This document shows positions 28,176-38,163 of a stretch of 64,000 nt of DNA, piece by piece (the first letter of the stretch is position 1; every line of letters starts with the position of its first letter). This DNA is from Planctomycetota bacterium. GTDB lineage: Bacteria > Planctomycetota > B15-G4 > JADJEK01. The DNA lies in the NCBI GenBank assembly GCA_044225365.1, contig JBGAIQ010000025.1:16937-80936 (forward strand). Direction: 5' to 3'. Below the pieces are notes generated by a model. It was not told where the DNA came from, did not search any database, and saw only the letters and a program-made list of their open reading frames with translations. The position numbers and the translations under genes are program-made.

Positions 28176-29627
28176 TCAGACTCGGACTTCGCCCTTCGCC
28201 GCGAGCCGATGCGCGTGGCGACGAACGACCGGGTCGACTTCTTCGCGCACGAATTCCTCGACCTGTTCCTTGCTGCGACCGATGAATCGCTCCGGGCGCG
28301 ACAGCTCGGGAAGGAGCGAATGCACCGAGCGGAATTTGGTGTCGCCACGAATGCGCTCGAACAGATCGTTCGGCCGGCCGGCTTTCGTCTCCTCGGCGGC
28401 CGCGATCGAATGCACGCGAATCGACTCGTGCATTTCCTGTCGATCGCCGCCGAGCTTGGTCGCCGCCATCATCAGCTCTTCGGTCGCCATGAACGGGAGT
28501 TCGCGCGCCACGTGGCTCTCGATCTGCGCTTCGTGGACGACGAGGCCCGAGCAAACGTTGAGCAAGGTCTGGAGCAGTCCGTCCGTCGCGAGGAACGCCT
28601 CGGGGATCGAGAGCCGGCGATTGGCGGAGTCGTCGAGCGTCCGTTCGAGCCATTGATTCATCGCGGTCTGCGCCGCGGAATCGACGAGCGAAGTGACGAA
28701 TCGCGCGAGCGAGCAGATGCGCTCCGACCGCATCGGATTGCGCTTGTACGCCATCGCCGACGATCCGATCTGGTGCTTCTCGAAGGGCTCCTCGACCTCG
28801 CGCTCGTGCGCGAGCAGTCGCAGATCCGTCGCGAACTTCGACGCCGAAACCGCCACGCCGGCGAGTGCCGCGAGGATCTCGAAGTCGAGCTTGCGCGAGT
28901 AGGTTTGGCCCGTGACGCCGTAGCACCTCGAGAAGCCCATCGCTCTCGCGACGCGATTCTCGAGTTCGCGAACCTTCTCGTGATCGCCGTCGAACAATGC
29001 GAGGAACGACGCCTGCGTGCCCGTCGTGCCCTTCACGCCGCGCAGCCTCATCTCGTCCTTCACGCGCTCGAGATTCTTCACGTCGTCGAGGAGGTCCTGG
29101 ATCCAGAGGCAGGCGCGCTTACCGACGGTCGTGAGCTGAGCCGGCTGGAAGTGGGTGTACGCGACGCACGGCAGAGCTCGTCGCTCGAGCGCAAACCCCC
29201 GCAGCCGATCGATCGCCGCGACGAGCGGTGTGAGGAGCAGATCGAGCGCCTCCCGCATCAACACCTGGTCCCCGTTGTCGGTGACGAAGCAGCTCGTGGC
29301 CCCGAGATGAAGGATCGGTTTCGCCTTCGGCGCGACGTGCCCGAACGCGTGGACGTGCGCCATCACGTCGTGGCGGAACTTGCGCTCGTAGTCGTCCGCG
29401 AGCTGCAGGTCGATGTCGTCCTGATGCGCTTCGGCATCGGCGATCTGCTCGCTCGTGATCGGCAATCCGAGTTCGTGCTGCGCCTTCGCGAGCGCGACCC
29501 ACAAGCGTCGCCATTCGCGGACCCGACGAGTCGGGGAGAACACAGCGGACATCGGGGCGCTCGCGTAGCGCGCGAGCGGACTCTCGTATCGCTCGGGGCG
29601 TTCGGACTTCTCTCGTTGTTCGGTCAT
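28176..29627 (-). CDS. purB: Adenylosuccinate lyase
   Basis: RHDVMAH, HLGATS, THFQPAQLTTVGKR and GSSAMAYKRNP signature. Confidence 0.97.
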   Translation of the reverse strand: MTEQREKSERPERYESPLARYASAPMSAVFSPTRRVREWRRLWVALAKAQHELGLPITSEQIADAEAHQDDIDLQLADDYERKFRHDVMAHVHAFGHVAPKAKPILHLGATSCFVTDNGDQVLMREALDLLLTPLVAAIDRLRGFALERRALPCVAYTHFQPAQLTTVGKRACLWIQDLLDDVKNLERVKDEMRLRGVKGTTGTQASFLALFDGDHEKVRELENRVARAMGFSRCYGVTGQTYSRKLDFEILAALAGVAVSASKFATDLRLLAHEREVEEPFEKHQIGSSAMAYKRNPMRSERICSLARFVTSLVDSAAQTAMNQWLERTLDDSANRRLSIPEAFLATDGLLQTLLNVCSGLVVHEAQIESHVARELPFMATEELMMAATKLGGDRQEMHESIRVHSIAAAEETKAGRPNDLFERIRGDTKFRSVHSLLPELSRPERFIGRSKEQVEEFVREEVDPVVRRHAHRLAAKGEVRV

Positions 29628-31624
29628 CTTCGCAATGTACCCAAACGCGCGGGTCGGTTCACGCCTGCGGCGGGTTGCTCACGAGTTCTCGAGTCGTCGC
29701 TCCGAGCGACTTTGAATCGCGCCTCACGACGCCCCGGATCGATGCCTTCGACCTCGACTTCGAGTCGATCTCCAACCCTGCGCCGGCTCCTCGACTCGCG
29801 CACGAGTCCGCCGATTGCGAGCCCTTCGAGATCGACGAAGAATCCGAACTCGCGAACGGCGACGATCGTCGCCGTGTATCGGTCGTGATTCCCCGTGCGC
29901 AGTCGATCCGCGAAGTGCGCGAGCAGCTTCACGACCTTGCTCACGCGTTCCGCTGCCGCTGAATTGCGCTCGGTCGCGGAGACGTGGTTCGCAATCTCCG
30001 ACAACTCCGCCTCGGAGGACTTCGACGGCGACGATGCGCCGACGCGGCGAAGCAGACGGTGCACCACGAGATCGGCGTAGCGACGGATCGGCGACGTGAA
30101 GTGCGTGTAGTGCTCCTTCGCGAGGCCGTAGTGACCGAGGGGCTGCGTCGCGTACCGCGCGCGGGACATCGCCTTCAGGAACCCAACGCGCAGCAGCGCC
30201 CCATCCTGCGATTCACGCAGCCTCGCGAGGAGATCCTGCACCTCCGCGCGCCGGCGGAGATCGCCGCATCGAATGCGCGACTTCAGCACGGACTCGCGGA
30301 ACGACGCGATCCGATCGGGCTCCGGTTCTTCGTGGATTCGATGCAGCATGGGCTTCTTCTGCCGTGCGAGATGCGCGGCCACGGCCTCGTTCGCGAGCAG
30401 CATGAACTCCTCGATGAGTCGATGCGCCGAATCGTGAGATGCCGGAGAGACGCGCGACACGCGGCCCGCCGCATCGAGATGGATCTTCGTCTCGGGCATC
30501 TCGAGATCGAATGCGCCACTCGAGAAGCGCCGTCGTCGCATTCGACTCGCGATGCGGTCGGCCGCGACGAGCATCCGCTCGATGGCGTTCGCTGGTCTTC
30601 GCTCGAGTACCTCGCTCACCTCCTCGTAGCTGAACCGACGTTGCGAGCGGATGACCGCGGGATAGAACTTCGCTCGCTCGACGACTCCGTCGTCCGTGAG
30701 CGCGAACTCCACGCAAGACGTGAGTCGATCGACGTTCGGCAGGAGCGAACACAGTCCATTGCTGAGCGATTCCGGGAGCATCGGAATCACGCGATCGACG
30801 AGGTACGTCGAGTTCCCGCGCGACCGGGCCTCACGATCGAGGAGCGATCCTTCCCGCACGTAGTGCGAGACGTCGGCGATGTGGATCCAGAGCGTCGAGC
30901 CGCCCTCGGCACGCGGCTCCAGACAGAATGCGTCATCGAAATCGCGGGCATCCTTGGGGTCGATCGTCACGACGCGATGCGAACGACAATCCTCGCGGTG
31001 CTCGAGATCGCGGCGCGCGACCGTGCTTCCGCATGCCGTCGCCGCTTCTTCGACCGTCGCGGGGAACTCGGCAGACAGACCGTATTGCCGTAGGACACAG
31101 AGCGTGTCGACCCCCTTCGCATCGGGAGGCCCGAGGATCTCGACGATCCGGCCGGCGACGGACGCCGCGCGCTCCACGATCTCGACGACGACCTTTACGC
31201 CAAGCTGATCGCGAAGATCGAATCGCTGTGGATCGACCAATTCGATCGCGAACGGGGCGCCGGGATCGTCGAGCGACACTTGGAAGCGCTTGTCTTCCCG
31301 CCGCAGGGTTCCGACGTGACGCGATCGGTTGCGAGCGAGGACGCGCACGACTTGCGCCGTGCACTCCGGACCTGGGTTCCGGCGCGGCGGGATGGATCTC
31401 GTTTCGGCCGCGAGGAGTCGAACCGCGACGCGATCGCCGTCGAGCGCGGTCGCCGTCTTGCCGCTCGGAACGACGATCTTGGGGTGACCCGATGTTTCCG
31501 GGACGAGGAAGGCGCGACCGCTCGGGGCGATCTTGAGGACGCCGACGATGTGTTCGGCGGAGGAGTCGGGGTTCGCGCGAGGGAGATGAAGGGAGGGATC
31601 TCTACGAGTCTTGGACGAAGGCAT
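29624..31624 (-). CDS. rnr: Ribonuclease R / RNB family exoribonuclease
   Basis: TIDPKDARDFDDA, HIADVSHYV, IEEFMLLANE and HFTSPIRRYADL motifs; shortened S1 domain. Start uncertain. Confidence 0.9.
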   Translation of the reverse strand: MPSSKTRRDPSLHLPRANPDSSAEHIVGVLKIAPSGRAFLVPETSGHPKIVVPSGKTATALDGDRVAVRLLAAETRSIPPRRNPGPECTAQVVRVLARNRSRHVGTLRREDKRFQVSLDDPGAPFAIELVDPQRFDLRDQLGVKVVVEIVERAASVAGRIVEILGPPDAKGVDTLCVLRQYGLSAEFPATVEEAATACGSTVARRDLEHREDCRSHRVVTIDPKDARDFDDAFCLEPRAEGGSTLWIHIADVSHYVREGSLLDREARSRGNSTYLVDRVIPMLPESLSNGLCSLLPNVDRLTSCVEFALTDDGVVERAKFYPAVIRSQRRFSYEEVSEVLERRPANAIERMLVAADRIASRMRRRRFSSGAFDLEMPETKIHLDAAGRVSRVSPASHDSAHRLIEEFMLLANEAVAAHLARQKKPMLHRIHEEPEPDRIASFRESVLKSRIRCGDLRRRAEVQDLLARLRESQDGALLRVGFLKAMSRARYATQPLGHYGLAKEHYTHFTSPIRRYADLVVHRLLRRVGASSPSKSSEAELSEIANHVSATERNSAAAERVSKVVKLLAHFADRLRTGNHDRYTATIVAVREFGFFVDLEGLAIGGLVRESRSRRRVGDRLEVEVEGIDPGRREARFKVARSDDSRTREQPAAGVNRPARLGTLRR

Positions 31625-31927
31625 GCAGGGAGTCGAAGGCGGAACGGGGTTCCGGGTTCTTCGCGGAGTCTTTCGGATGTGGGGAGTGCGCGAGACATCG
31701 CGCGGAATGGGATCGAATGCGAGAGCGCCCGACCATCGGGCGAGGGAAACCGACACGTCGTCGGCGATTCTTATTGAGTTCTTCCCGAGTGCGCCGACGG
31801 TTCCCTATCGGAGGCCGTGGCGATCGATCTGAAGGGAGGGATCGCGACGATGCCAATCTCATGGCTGCGCTGGCAGATCCCTGATTCGCGGCAATCTACC
31901 CGATCTTGGCCGTGCGCGCAAGCCGCG

Positions 31928-32419
31928 TCAGCGCGATGCGAATCCCGAACTCGAGAGCGCGAGCGCGATGCAGGCCGCGACGCCCTTCAGAGCGCGAGCG
32001 CGATCTTGCTTCTGCGAGAGGAGCGCATGGATCAAGCACACCGCGGCGGTCGCGCCCGCGAAATCCGTGACGAGATCGACGGGATCCGAGGAGCGCATCT
32101 TCACGAACGACTGGTGGTATTCGTCCAGCACCGCGAAGCACAGCACGAGGACCACGGAGATCACGCGACTGCGCAGTCGCAACTCGAGTCGCTGACCGCC
32201 GCGTCCATCGGGAGTGCGCTCGAGCTGCGCGAGCGCGATCCACGCCGACAGAACGGCGAACATCGGCGCGTGCATCAGGTTGTAGAACATGCGCACGAAG
32301 AAACCGGTGCCCGGCAGTTGATTCCCGGGAATGCTCGAGAGCGTCGTGATGATGCCGGCGTGAACGATCGCGAGGACGACGAACAGTCGCTTCGGGAGGG
32401 CGAAGAATCTCGTGATCAT
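31928..32419 (-). CDS. VanZ family membrane protein
   Basis: 'HAPMFAVL' and 'DEYHQSFVKMRSSDPVDLVTDFAG'. Confidence 0.85.
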   Translation of the reverse strand: MITRFFALPKRLFVVLAIVHAGIITTLSSIPGNQLPGTGFFVRMFYNLMHAPMFAVLSAWIALAQLERTPDGRGGQRLELRLRSRVISVVLVLCFAVLDEYHQSFVKMRSSDPVDLVTDFAGATAAVCLIHALLSQKQDRARALKGVAACIALALSSSGFASR

Positions 32420-32426
32420 GCGCGGC

Positions 32427-32861
32427 TCAGCGTCGCTTCACGAGCACGAGCCGCACGCAGGCCCCGGGCTCGAATTCGACGCGCACGGAATCGGTCTTCT
32501 TTCGGATCAGGAACAGTCCACGGCCGCGCTCGAGATCGAAATCCGGCGGCTCGTCGGTCAACGGGCTCGCCAACTGGCGTTCGAAGTCCTCGCGATCCGC
32601 ATCGCTGCACCCGCTTTCGATCCCGATCTCCACGCCATCGCTCGCTGCCCTCGCGTCGAGGTGGATCTTGCCGTCGCGGAGGTGACCGTGGTCCATCACG
32701 TTGAACATCGCCTCGGACACCGCGAGCGCGAGATCCGCGACGCGCCGCTCGTCGAGACCATGGGCTCGCGCGTAGCGTTCGATCGCGCTGCGCGCTTCGC
32801 GCATCGCCTGAGCTTCGACCGTTACTTCGAACCTCTGGAAGTCGTCCGCCATCGCGATCAC
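32427..32861 (-). CDS. Anti-sigma-factor/RsbW-like ATP-binding protein (HATPase_c_2)
   Basis: 'LALAVSEAMFNVMDHG' N-box and 'ERGRGLFLI' G-box. Confidence 0.85.
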   Translation of the reverse strand: MIAMADDFQRFEVTVEAQAMREARSAIERYARAHGLDERRVADLALAVSEAMFNVMDHGHLRDGKIHLDARAASDGVEIGIESGCSDADREDFERQLASPLTDEPPDFDLERGRGLFLIRKKTDSVRVEFEPGACVRLVLVKRR

Positions 32862-33748
32862 AGCTTCTCGATGTCGAGCGTCACGTCGAGCGACTTCGCG
32901 CTGTGCGTCAGCGCGCCGATCGAGATCCGATCGACGCCGGTACTCGCGAACGCACCGACGTTCTCGAGCGTCACGCCGCCCGACGCTTCGAGCACGAGCG
33001 GAGGTCCGCCCGCGGCGGCACGCGCCTCTCCGGCCTTGCGCACGATCGCCACGGCCGAGCGCAGCCGTTCCGGCGTGAAGTTGTCGAGCAGAACCGAATC
33101 CGCGCCGCCGGCGACGATGGCGAGCGCTTCTTCCTCCGTGCGCGCCTCGATCTGGATGAACATGCCGGGCGGCGAGTTCTCGCGCGCGAGGCGAGTCGCC
33201 CGCTCGATGCCGACCGGATCTCCCGATGCTGCGAGGAAGTCGAGGTGATTGTCCTTCACGAGAACGGCGTCGTAGAGACCGCTGCGATGGTTCGTTCCAC
33301 CGCCCGCCTTCACCGCCGCTTTCTCGAGGTGCCTCAGGAGAGGAGTCGTCTTGCGGGTGTCACAGATCTTCACGCGGGGATCCCCCGCCCTCCGGACGAA
33401 CTCGCGCGTCAGCGTCGCGATTCCGCACAACCTCCCGAGGAGATTGAGTGCGAGCCGCTCGCCCGTGAGGACCGAGCGGGCCGAGCACGTGACGACGCCG
33501 ACCGACGCGCCGCCCTTCACCTCGCTCCCCTCGGCGGCGAGCACCTGCGTATGAGCGAACGGATCGAGGAGCGCGAAGACTCGCAGCGCCGCGTCGATAC
33601 CGGAGACCACGCCCGGAACGCGTAGCTTGAGTACGCCTCGCGCCCTTCGATCAGGAGGTAGGAGTGCGAGCGTCGTGCGATCGCCATCGCCGACGTCCTC
33701 GTTGAGCGCGTCCTTCAGGAACGCATCGAGATCGAATTCGAACCGCAT
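32858..33748 (-). CDS. nadC: Nicotinate-nucleotide diphosphorylase (carboxylating)
   Basis: EDVGDGD, ERLALN, DTRKTTP, HRSGLYD..LVKDNH, LLDN and EASGG motifs. Confidence 0.97.
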   Translation of the reverse strand: MRFEFDLDAFLKDALNEDVGDGDRTTLALLPPDRRARGVLKLRVPGVVSGIDAALRVFALLDPFAHTQVLAAEGSEVKGGASVGVVTCSARSVLTGERLALNLLGRLCGIATLTREFVRRAGDPRVKICDTRKTTPLLRHLEKAAVKAGGGTNHRSGLYDAVLVKDNHLDFLAASGDPVGIERATRLARENSPPGMFIQIEARTEEEALAIVAGGADSVLLDNFTPERLRSAVAIVRKAGEARAAAGGPPLVLEASGGVTLENVGAFASTGVDRISIGALTHSAKSLDVTLDIEKL

Positions 33749-33770
33749 CAGCTCGTCCTCGCCGAGCAGT

Positions 33771-34226
33771 CTACCGTCGATCTTCTGAGGATTGAGCGGG
33801 TTCAGTGGGCGCAGGCTCGTCGCTGAAACAGATCTCGTGGATCAGCTTCTCGACCGTCTTCTCGCCGATACCCGTCACGCGAAGGAGGTCGGGATAGCCA
33901 TGGAACGGCCCGTGTTCGGATCGATACTCGACGATCTTCGCCGCTCGGTCCTTTCCGATCTCGGGCAGCAGGGCGAGCGTGTCGGCATCGGCGCTGTTCA
34001 CATTGACGCGAACGCGCGCGGCGGCCGACTTCGAGAAGGCCCCTCCCACCTCGAAGACGTGTCCCCAGGCGAGCAGTCCCATCGCCAGGAGGAGGCCGAA
34101 CATTCCGAGCGTATAGGCCCGACGCTCACTACGGCTCGAACTCGAGTGGTCACTGCGACTCTGCGCCTGCGGTGCGTCCTCGTGACTCGCTCTCTCTTGG
34201 TCTTGCGGCTCGGACGTGTTCGTCAC
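33771..34226 (-). CDS. comEA: ComEA-family helix-hairpin-helix DNA-binding protein
   Basis: TM helix, then VNVNSADADTLALLPEIG...A..IVEYR...GPF...L.RVTGIG. Confidence 0.85.
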   Translation of the reverse strand: MTNTSEPQDQERASHEDAPQAQSRSDHSSSSRSERRAYTLGMFGLLLAMGLLAWGHVFEVGGAFSKSAAARVRVNVNSADADTLALLPEIGKDRAAKIVEYRSEHGPFHGYPDLLRVTGIGEKTVEKLIHEICFSDEPAPTEPAQSSEDRR

Positions 34227-35320
34227 GAATCAGCCCTCGCTGCCACGCGCGTCCGCTCCGCCGCCACCGCGGATTCACGAACGGGGCGCTTCGACGCCGC
34301 CGTTTCGGTGAGTCTCGACGAGTGAGGGGACGCGGACGAGTTTCGCGTCGCAACGAGATTGAAGAACCTTTCGAACAGACTGTCGAGGGTCGCCGTCATC
34401 GAAGTCGAATCTTGCACCAGCGTGGCGTCGACGCCGTCCTCGACGCAGACCTGTGCCGTATTGCCTTCGCCACGGGAGAGCGCCGCGAGTCGCCGTGAAC
34501 CGAGCCGGAAGCAGACGAGGTCGCCGTCCTGCTCCTCGAGGACGTCCGGAGACATGCGTACGATCCGGCGCTTCAACTCGTCGAAGTAGTTCAGCCGCTC
34601 GCTGGCCGCGTGTCCGTTCGCTTGCGGCGCCGCGCGCGAATCGAGGGCGCGGCCCACGCCGTCCGATTCGGAAGTCTCGGATCCGCGGCGTGCGCCGTTC
34701 GCACGCGCTCCGTCGGTCGTTGGAGCCGCCTTCGACTCGACCGCTTCCTGCACCGTGAAATTCACGGCAACCGCGGCGCCATCGCCGATCGCAATCGCCG
34801 GAACGGGTTCCACGATCTCGCCGCCGATGAGACGCAGTCCGTGCGGACGTTTGCCGAGTTGGCCGCCCTGATCGCCGCCACGGGCGAGCAGGAGGATCTG
34901 GCGACCCGTCGCGCCTTCGACGACCGCGACCTCGACGAGCGTCGTCCCTCCACCAGGGAGGAGGCGACAGCGCGCCTCCTCGCGATCCGAGAAACGCCGC
35001 GAAACGAGCAGCAATCGCGGATCCGCCGTTTCATCGAGGGAATCGGAAGCGAGCAAGCGAGCGAGCAGTGCGCGGCTGCGACGATAGGCAAGGACGGCGT
35101 CGGCGGCCCGAACGTGGAGATCCTCGAATCCATTCTCGACGAGGACGAGGACCGCGCGGCGATCGATGTCGATCGCGAGTGCGTCGAGCACGACGGCGTC
35201 TTCGAGGGGCACCGCGCGAGCGAGGATCTTGAGACCGCGCTCGACGGCGTCGAGTTCAGTCACGACGAGTCCCGCGAGATCCGGCGCAACGTCCTGCTTC
35301 GATCCGTGGACGGGGATCAT
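34223..35320 (-). CDS. Hypothetical protein: degenerate NucS/DUF91-like N-terminal domain + DUF5655-like C-terminal domain
   Basis: 'LDAVERGLKILAR..LDALAID..RAVLV' and 'PRLLLVSRRF'; C-terminal 'FDELKRRI....PDV'. Confidence 0.5.
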   Translation of the reverse strand: MIPVHGSKQDVAPDLAGLVVTELDAVERGLKILARAVPLEDAVVLDALAIDIDRRAVLVLVENGFEDLHVRAADAVLAYRRSRALLARLLASDSLDETADPRLLLVSRRFSDREEARCRLLPGGGTTLVEVAVVEGATGRQILLLARGGDQGGQLGKRPHGLRLIGGEIVEPVPAIAIGDGAAVAVNFTVQEAVESKAAPTTDGARANGARRGSETSESDGVGRALDSRAAPQANGHAASERLNYFDELKRRIVRMSPDVLEEQDGDLVCFRLGSRRLAALSRGEGNTAQVCVEDGVDATLVQDSTSMTATLDSLFERFFNLVATRNSSASPHSSRLTETAASKRPVRESAVAAERTRVAARADS

Positions 35321-35477
35321 GACGGATCCTTACGATGGGCGATGTCCGCGCCCCCTGCCCGCGACCTCGAGACCGCCAAGAGTTCGCGGGAGGGAACGGG
35401 GCTCCGAATCCACTTCTGCACAATTCGAAGTACCGCCGGTCATGGATTGTAGTTGACATGAGCCACCGTACAACATC

Positions 35478-36716
35478 TTGGATCCTTCGAACTTGAACCC
35501 CCCGGTCGCCGTTTCAACCGTGTCACGCGCCCGCTGGTCCAGTCTTCGGACTCTGTTCCCGGTCACGGACCGCTACGCGTACTTCAATGTCGCCGCGAAC
35601 GCGCCACTCCCGATCCCGGTCGTGCGGGCCATGGCTCGCTACGCCGAGGATCTCGCCGACCACGGTTCGCGCCACTACCTCGACTGGTTCGCCGTCGCGA
35701 AACGCACGCGCAGCCGGGCCGCGGCTTTGCTCAATGCGCGCAGCGATGAGATCGCGCTCGTCCGCAATACGAGCGACGGACTGTCGATCGTGGCGCACGG
35801 CCTCGACTGGAAGAAGGGCGACAGCGTCGTCCTCGTGAACGGCGACTTCCCCGCGAACATCTACCCCTGGCTGCGCCTGCGAGAACTCGGCGTCGAGGTT
35901 CGCCTCGTGCGTCCCGACGATCGCCACCGGATCCACCCCGAGCAACTGCTCGCTGCGTGCGACGGGTCGACGCGCCTCATCGCCGTTTCCTTCGTTTCGT
36001 TCGCGAACGGTTTTCGCTTCGACATCCGCACTCTCTCGCAGATGGCGAAGCCGCGCGGCATCCTCGTCTGCATCGATGCGATCCAGGGACTCGGTGCTCT
36101 GCGACTCGACGTCGTCGCCGATGGAATCGACTTCCTCGCGGCGGACGGCCACAAGTGGCTTCTCACGCCCGAGGGCATTGGCATCTTCTATGTGAAGAAA
36201 TCGCTGCTCGACCGGTTGCGGCCACCGCTCGTGTCGTGGCTCTCGATGAAGCAGCCATTCGACACGCACTACCGCGGCGAGATGCACGACGACGCGCGAC
36301 GCTTCGAATTCGCGACGCCGAACACGGCGGGCGTCTACGCGCTCGACGCCGCGCTCGAGCTCATCACGAACGTCGCCAGCGAGAGACCGGAGGATCGGGC
36401 GCGCGAGGGCGACGCCACGGCCTCGACCGCCGCGAGTTCGATCCGCGAGATCGAATCGCGCGTGCTCCATCTCACCGATCTCATGGTCGAGGGCCTGCGA
36501 TCGCGGGGCTGTCGCGTGCTGTCGCCGCGGGGCGAACTCGAACGATCCGGGATCGTGTCGTTCGAGAAGTCCGGTCTCGATTCGAACGTGCTGACACAGA
36601 AACTGCTCGATGCCGGAATCCAGACCGCGATGCGCGCCGGCGCCGTGCGGGCGGCAGCGCACTTCTACAACGACGAGACCGACGTGGAGCGGCTCCTTTC
36701 GGCGATCCCGAGATGA
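35478..36716 (+). CDS. Class V PLP-dependent aminotransferase/C-S lyase-like enzyme
   Basis: YFNVAANAP, NTSDGL, DAIQ, DGHKWLLTPEG and R...HFYN motifs. Start uncertain (TTG 35478 or GTG 35520). Confidence 0.88.
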   Translation: MDPSNLNPPVAVSTVSRARWSSLRTLFPVTDRYAYFNVAANAPLPIPVVRAMARYAEDLADHGSRHYLDWFAVAKRTRSRAAALLNARSDEIALVRNTSDGLSIVAHGLDWKKGDSVVLVNGDFPANIYPWLRLRELGVEVRLVRPDDRHRIHPEQLLAACDGSTRLIAVSFVSFANGFRFDIRTLSQMAKPRGILVCIDAIQGLGALRLDVVADGIDFLAADGHKWLLTPEGIGIFYVKKSLLDRLRPPLVSWLSMKQPFDTHYRGEMHDDARRFEFATPNTAGVYALDAALELITNVASERPEDRAREGDATASTAASSIREIESRVLHLTDLMVEGLRSRGCRVLSPRGELERSGIVSFEKSGLDSNVLTQKLLDAGIQTAMRAGAVRAAAHFYNDETDVERLLSAIPR

Positions 36717-37546
36717 CGCTCTTCGCGTCGCTCGACTCCGCGTTCATCGAGGGGATCGGGCTCACGGTCGTCGGCGGTCTCGTCAGCGCTTTCGCGCTGC
36801 GGCGCGTGCTGCGCGTCGGGCCGCCCCTGCCGGCGACGCATCCGATTCCCGATCGCGTGAGCTTCGAGCTCTGCTTCGTCGCGTTGATCGGGCTCGTGTT
36901 GCGCGGCGTCCTCGCACCGGTCTTGCTTCGCTTGTTCGGCGACGATGGTTTGAAGCTCGACGAAGTCGACCGCGACCTGCTCGCGAGCCTTGGGTGCAAC
37001 GGCCTGCTCATCGTCTTTGCCGTGCTGTTTGCGCAGCGGCGTGGACGATCCGCGGGTTTCGCTGTCGGCCTCGACGGTTCGCGCCGCGAGACGCTCCTCT
37101 TCGAATCGGGACTCGCGATCCTCGGACTCATCGCCGTCGCGCCGTTCTTCGTCGCCTCGTTCGAACTCAATGCGCTCGTCCTCGATCGACTCGGCATTGC
37201 GCAACAACAGGCAATGGTGCAGCAACTGCTCGCGGCGAAGGACAAGCTCCACGACGCGTGGATCGTGGTCGGGATCGGAACCCTGATCCCGTTCTGCGAG
37301 GAGATCCTATTCCGGGGTCTCATGCTCCGCGGACTCGTCCAGGTGTTGCGGCCCGGGCCCGCGATCCTGGCTTCCGCGCTATTCTTCGCCGTCATGCACG
37401 ATCCGTCCGCGCGCGTCCCCGTGTTCGTCCTCGGATTGCTCTTCGGACTACTCTACGTGCGAACGCGGTCGATCTTGGCGCCCTTCGTCGCTCACGCTCT
37501 TTTCAATACCGCGCAACTCCTCCTCGTGATCCCGAACGCGCAATGA
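36713..37546 (+). CDS. CPBP/Abi-family intramembrane glutamic endopeptidase
   Basis: EEILFRG, FAVMH and HALFN motifs. ATGA overlap with the upstream gene. Confidence 0.9.
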   Translation: MTLFASLDSAFIEGIGLTVVGGLVSAFALRRVLRVGPPLPATHPIPDRVSFELCFVALIGLVLRGVLAPVLLRLFGDDGLKLDEVDRDLLASLGCNGLLIVFAVLFAQRRGRSAGFAVGLDGSRRETLLFESGLAILGLIAVAPFFVASFELNALVLDRLGIAQQQAMVQQLLAAKDKLHDAWIVVGIGTLIPFCEEILFRGLMLRGLVQVLRPGPAILASALFFAVMHDPSARVPVFVLGLLFGLLYVRTRSILAPFVAHALFNTAQLLLVIPNAQ

Positions 37547-37569
37547 TCGCATCCCCCTGAGGTTCGAAG

Positions 37570-38100
37570 ATGTCGACTTCCAGCTTCGCCAACGACCGAT
37601 GCTTCCTCGCACCGCACGAATGCGGAAAGGACGCGCTCGTCGCGTCGACGGCTTCGGTGATGGGCAACGTTCACCTCGAGGCGGACGTGAGCATCTGGTA
37701 CGGAGCCGTCCTGCGCGGCGACGACGAGTCGATCACGATCGGCGCGCGCACGAACATCCAGGACAACAGCGTGGTGCACCCGCTGCCCGGAATTCCAACG
37801 CGAGTCGGCGAAGACTGCACCATCGGTCACAATGCGATCGTCCACTGCAAGGAGATCGCGCCGCGATGCCTGATCGGAATGGGCGCGATCCTGCTCGGTG
37901 AAGCGGTGATCGGCGAAGAGTGCATCATCGCCGCCGGCGCGCTCGTCAAGGAGAAGGCGGTGATCCCGCGGCGCTCGCTCGTCGTCGGCATGCCGGGTCG
38001 CGTCGTTCGGGAGGTCACCGACGCGGAAGTGAAAGCGATCCTCGAGAGTTCGCGCGAATACGTGGAAAAGGCGAAGAAGCATCGCCGCGCGAATTCGTGA
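37570..38100 (+). CDS. Gamma-carbonic-anhydrase family (hexapeptide repeat) protein
   Basis: SIWYGAVLRGD, TNIQDNSVVH, TIGHNAIVH and G.PGRVVR motifs. Confidence 0.92.
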   Translation: MSTSSFANDRCFLAPHECGKDALVASTASVMGNVHLEADVSIWYGAVLRGDDESITIGARTNIQDNSVVHPLPGIPTRVGEDCTIGHNAIVHCKEIAPRCLIGMGAILLGEAVIGEECIIAAGALVKEKAVIPRRSLVVGMPGRVVREVTDAEVKAILESSREYVEKAKKHRRANS

Positions 38101-38115
38101 GAGCCGGTCGCGAGT

Positions 38116-38157
38116 GAAGAAAAGAAAGGGCGCGCGGACCACACCTCCGCGCGCCCT
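38116..38157 (-). terminator. Intrinsic terminator with its U-tract on the minus strand
   Basis: 12-bp perfect stem AGGGCGCGCGGA/TCCGCGCGCCCT, followed on the minus strand by UUCUUUUCUUC. Confidence 0.75.
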
Positions 38158-38163
38158 CTCTCG

